Part shown: in pieces, positions 60,238 through 61,113 of the stretch
Position numbering within the stretch: position 1 is the first letter of the stretch
Layout: each line of letters starts with the position of its first letter
From: an uncultured Deinococcaceae bacterium
GTDB taxonomy: Bacteria; Deinococcota; Deinococci; Deinococcales; Deinococcaceae
Assembly (NCBI GenBank): GCA_964252075.1
Contig: CAXULY010000034.1
Location: 1 to 61,113 of the forward strand
DNA: 61,113 bases
Direction: 5' to 3'
Position numbers and translations under genes: made by a program
The notes under the pieces: model-generated
What the model was told of the DNA's origin: nothing
The model's input: only the letters and a program-made list of their open reading frames with translations
The model's database searches: none

Positions 60238-60480
60238 TCATTGGGGCTCGGTGTGCTCCAGGCGCAACAGGTCCTCGATGGTTACGTGTGCGTGCATACA
60301 GGCGCGCAAAATGGCCGTCCAGGCGCCCGTCTGCCCGTGCCAGCCGCGCCCCTCGAATCCCGCGCCGTCGGCCGTCGTGATGCGTACCCAATCCGCCTCC
60401 TGCGTGACCTGAGCACCTTTCTCTTGCAGCGCGGCGAGGTGCAGCTGCACGCCCGCGTCGTTGGTGGATCCTTCGTTCAT
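60238..60480 (-). CDS. small hypothetical protein
   Basis: AGGAG RBS; coding-like codon usage. Confidence 0.55.
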   Translation of the reverse strand: MNEGSTNDAGVQLHLAALQEKGAQVTQEADWVRITTADGAGFEGRGWHGQTGAWTAILRACMHAHVTIEDLLRLEHTEPQ

Positions 60481-61113
60481 GTGGTCTCCTATCTGTGAAG
60501 TGGCGATACCCAGTGGGCGCGGGCTCGCCGGATTGAACCTTGATTGCTGATGCGCAATCTCACCTTGCGCCCCGACACGTCAGGTATTCATGATGCGCTG
60601 CGCTATGCCCAGTGGTGTCACGACCTAGAACGACAGGCCCCGGACGTCGAGGGGGCGGTTGCGTGGCAGCGGATGGTCTGTCCGAGCAAGGCGCAGGTGA
60701 CCTGGAGTTGGGTGACATGAGGCAGGAGGCGGACGGAACCCGGGTGCTGGGAGTTGCCCTGGATTTGGGACGCTCTCCTATGGGGGCGGTCCGTGAGCAG
60801 GAACCGACGTCACGGTAACTTGTGGGCGTAACTAGATAGCAAAGGTAAAACATGCACGTCGACAGCGCATGGTATGAATATCAGCCATGAGTGTTAGGGC
60901 CACGTAGGTGAAGCGCAAATCAGGCGGCGTTCCATACGGCTGAGTCAGCAACATGTGCTCACTCTGACCCCTCCTCGCTCTGCGCCTTCGGCTATACGTC
61001 ACGGGACCATCCGGCACCACCCCATAACCCATGCAGCCTGCGTTGGGAGTCTGGCTGGCCCGATTAAGAGCTTGTTTCACGGCCTGCTCCAATACGAGTC
61101 AGTCGTCGATGTT

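Overview
High-GC window that looks Deinococcus-like (inferred from the Rep/Par protein types and several leaderless TANNNT-N6-ATG starts). It appears to contain the replication/partition core of a secondary replicon, or an integrated one. That core has two related Rep initiator genes, each with its own AT-rich patch and its own iteron array (CCCGCAACTCTGACGCA; TGGGACGAGATGCCCGAA), followed by a ParA with an N-terminal Phd/YefM-like domain, ParB and two parS-like palindromes. Cargo includes two SARP/BTAD-AAA regulators and several operons of uncharacterised secreted proteins and lipoproteins. These operons share an exactly spaced promoter motif, GTCAY-N6-GTCAY-N11-TAYNNT, and two of them carry a small paralogous 'YVLR' protein, which suggests a regulon. 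Also present: a DeoR-led locus for degrading alpha-1,4-galactosamine polymers (GH114 and PelA/GH166-like hydrolases, ABC transporter, kinase, AgaS-like protein, tagatose pathway), c-di-GMP enzymes, a CorC transporter with a coupled leader peptide, and PadR, MerR, LysR and IclR modules. No rRNA, tRNA, CRISPR array or intact transposase was recognised. All family calls come from motif recognition by eye, not database searches.
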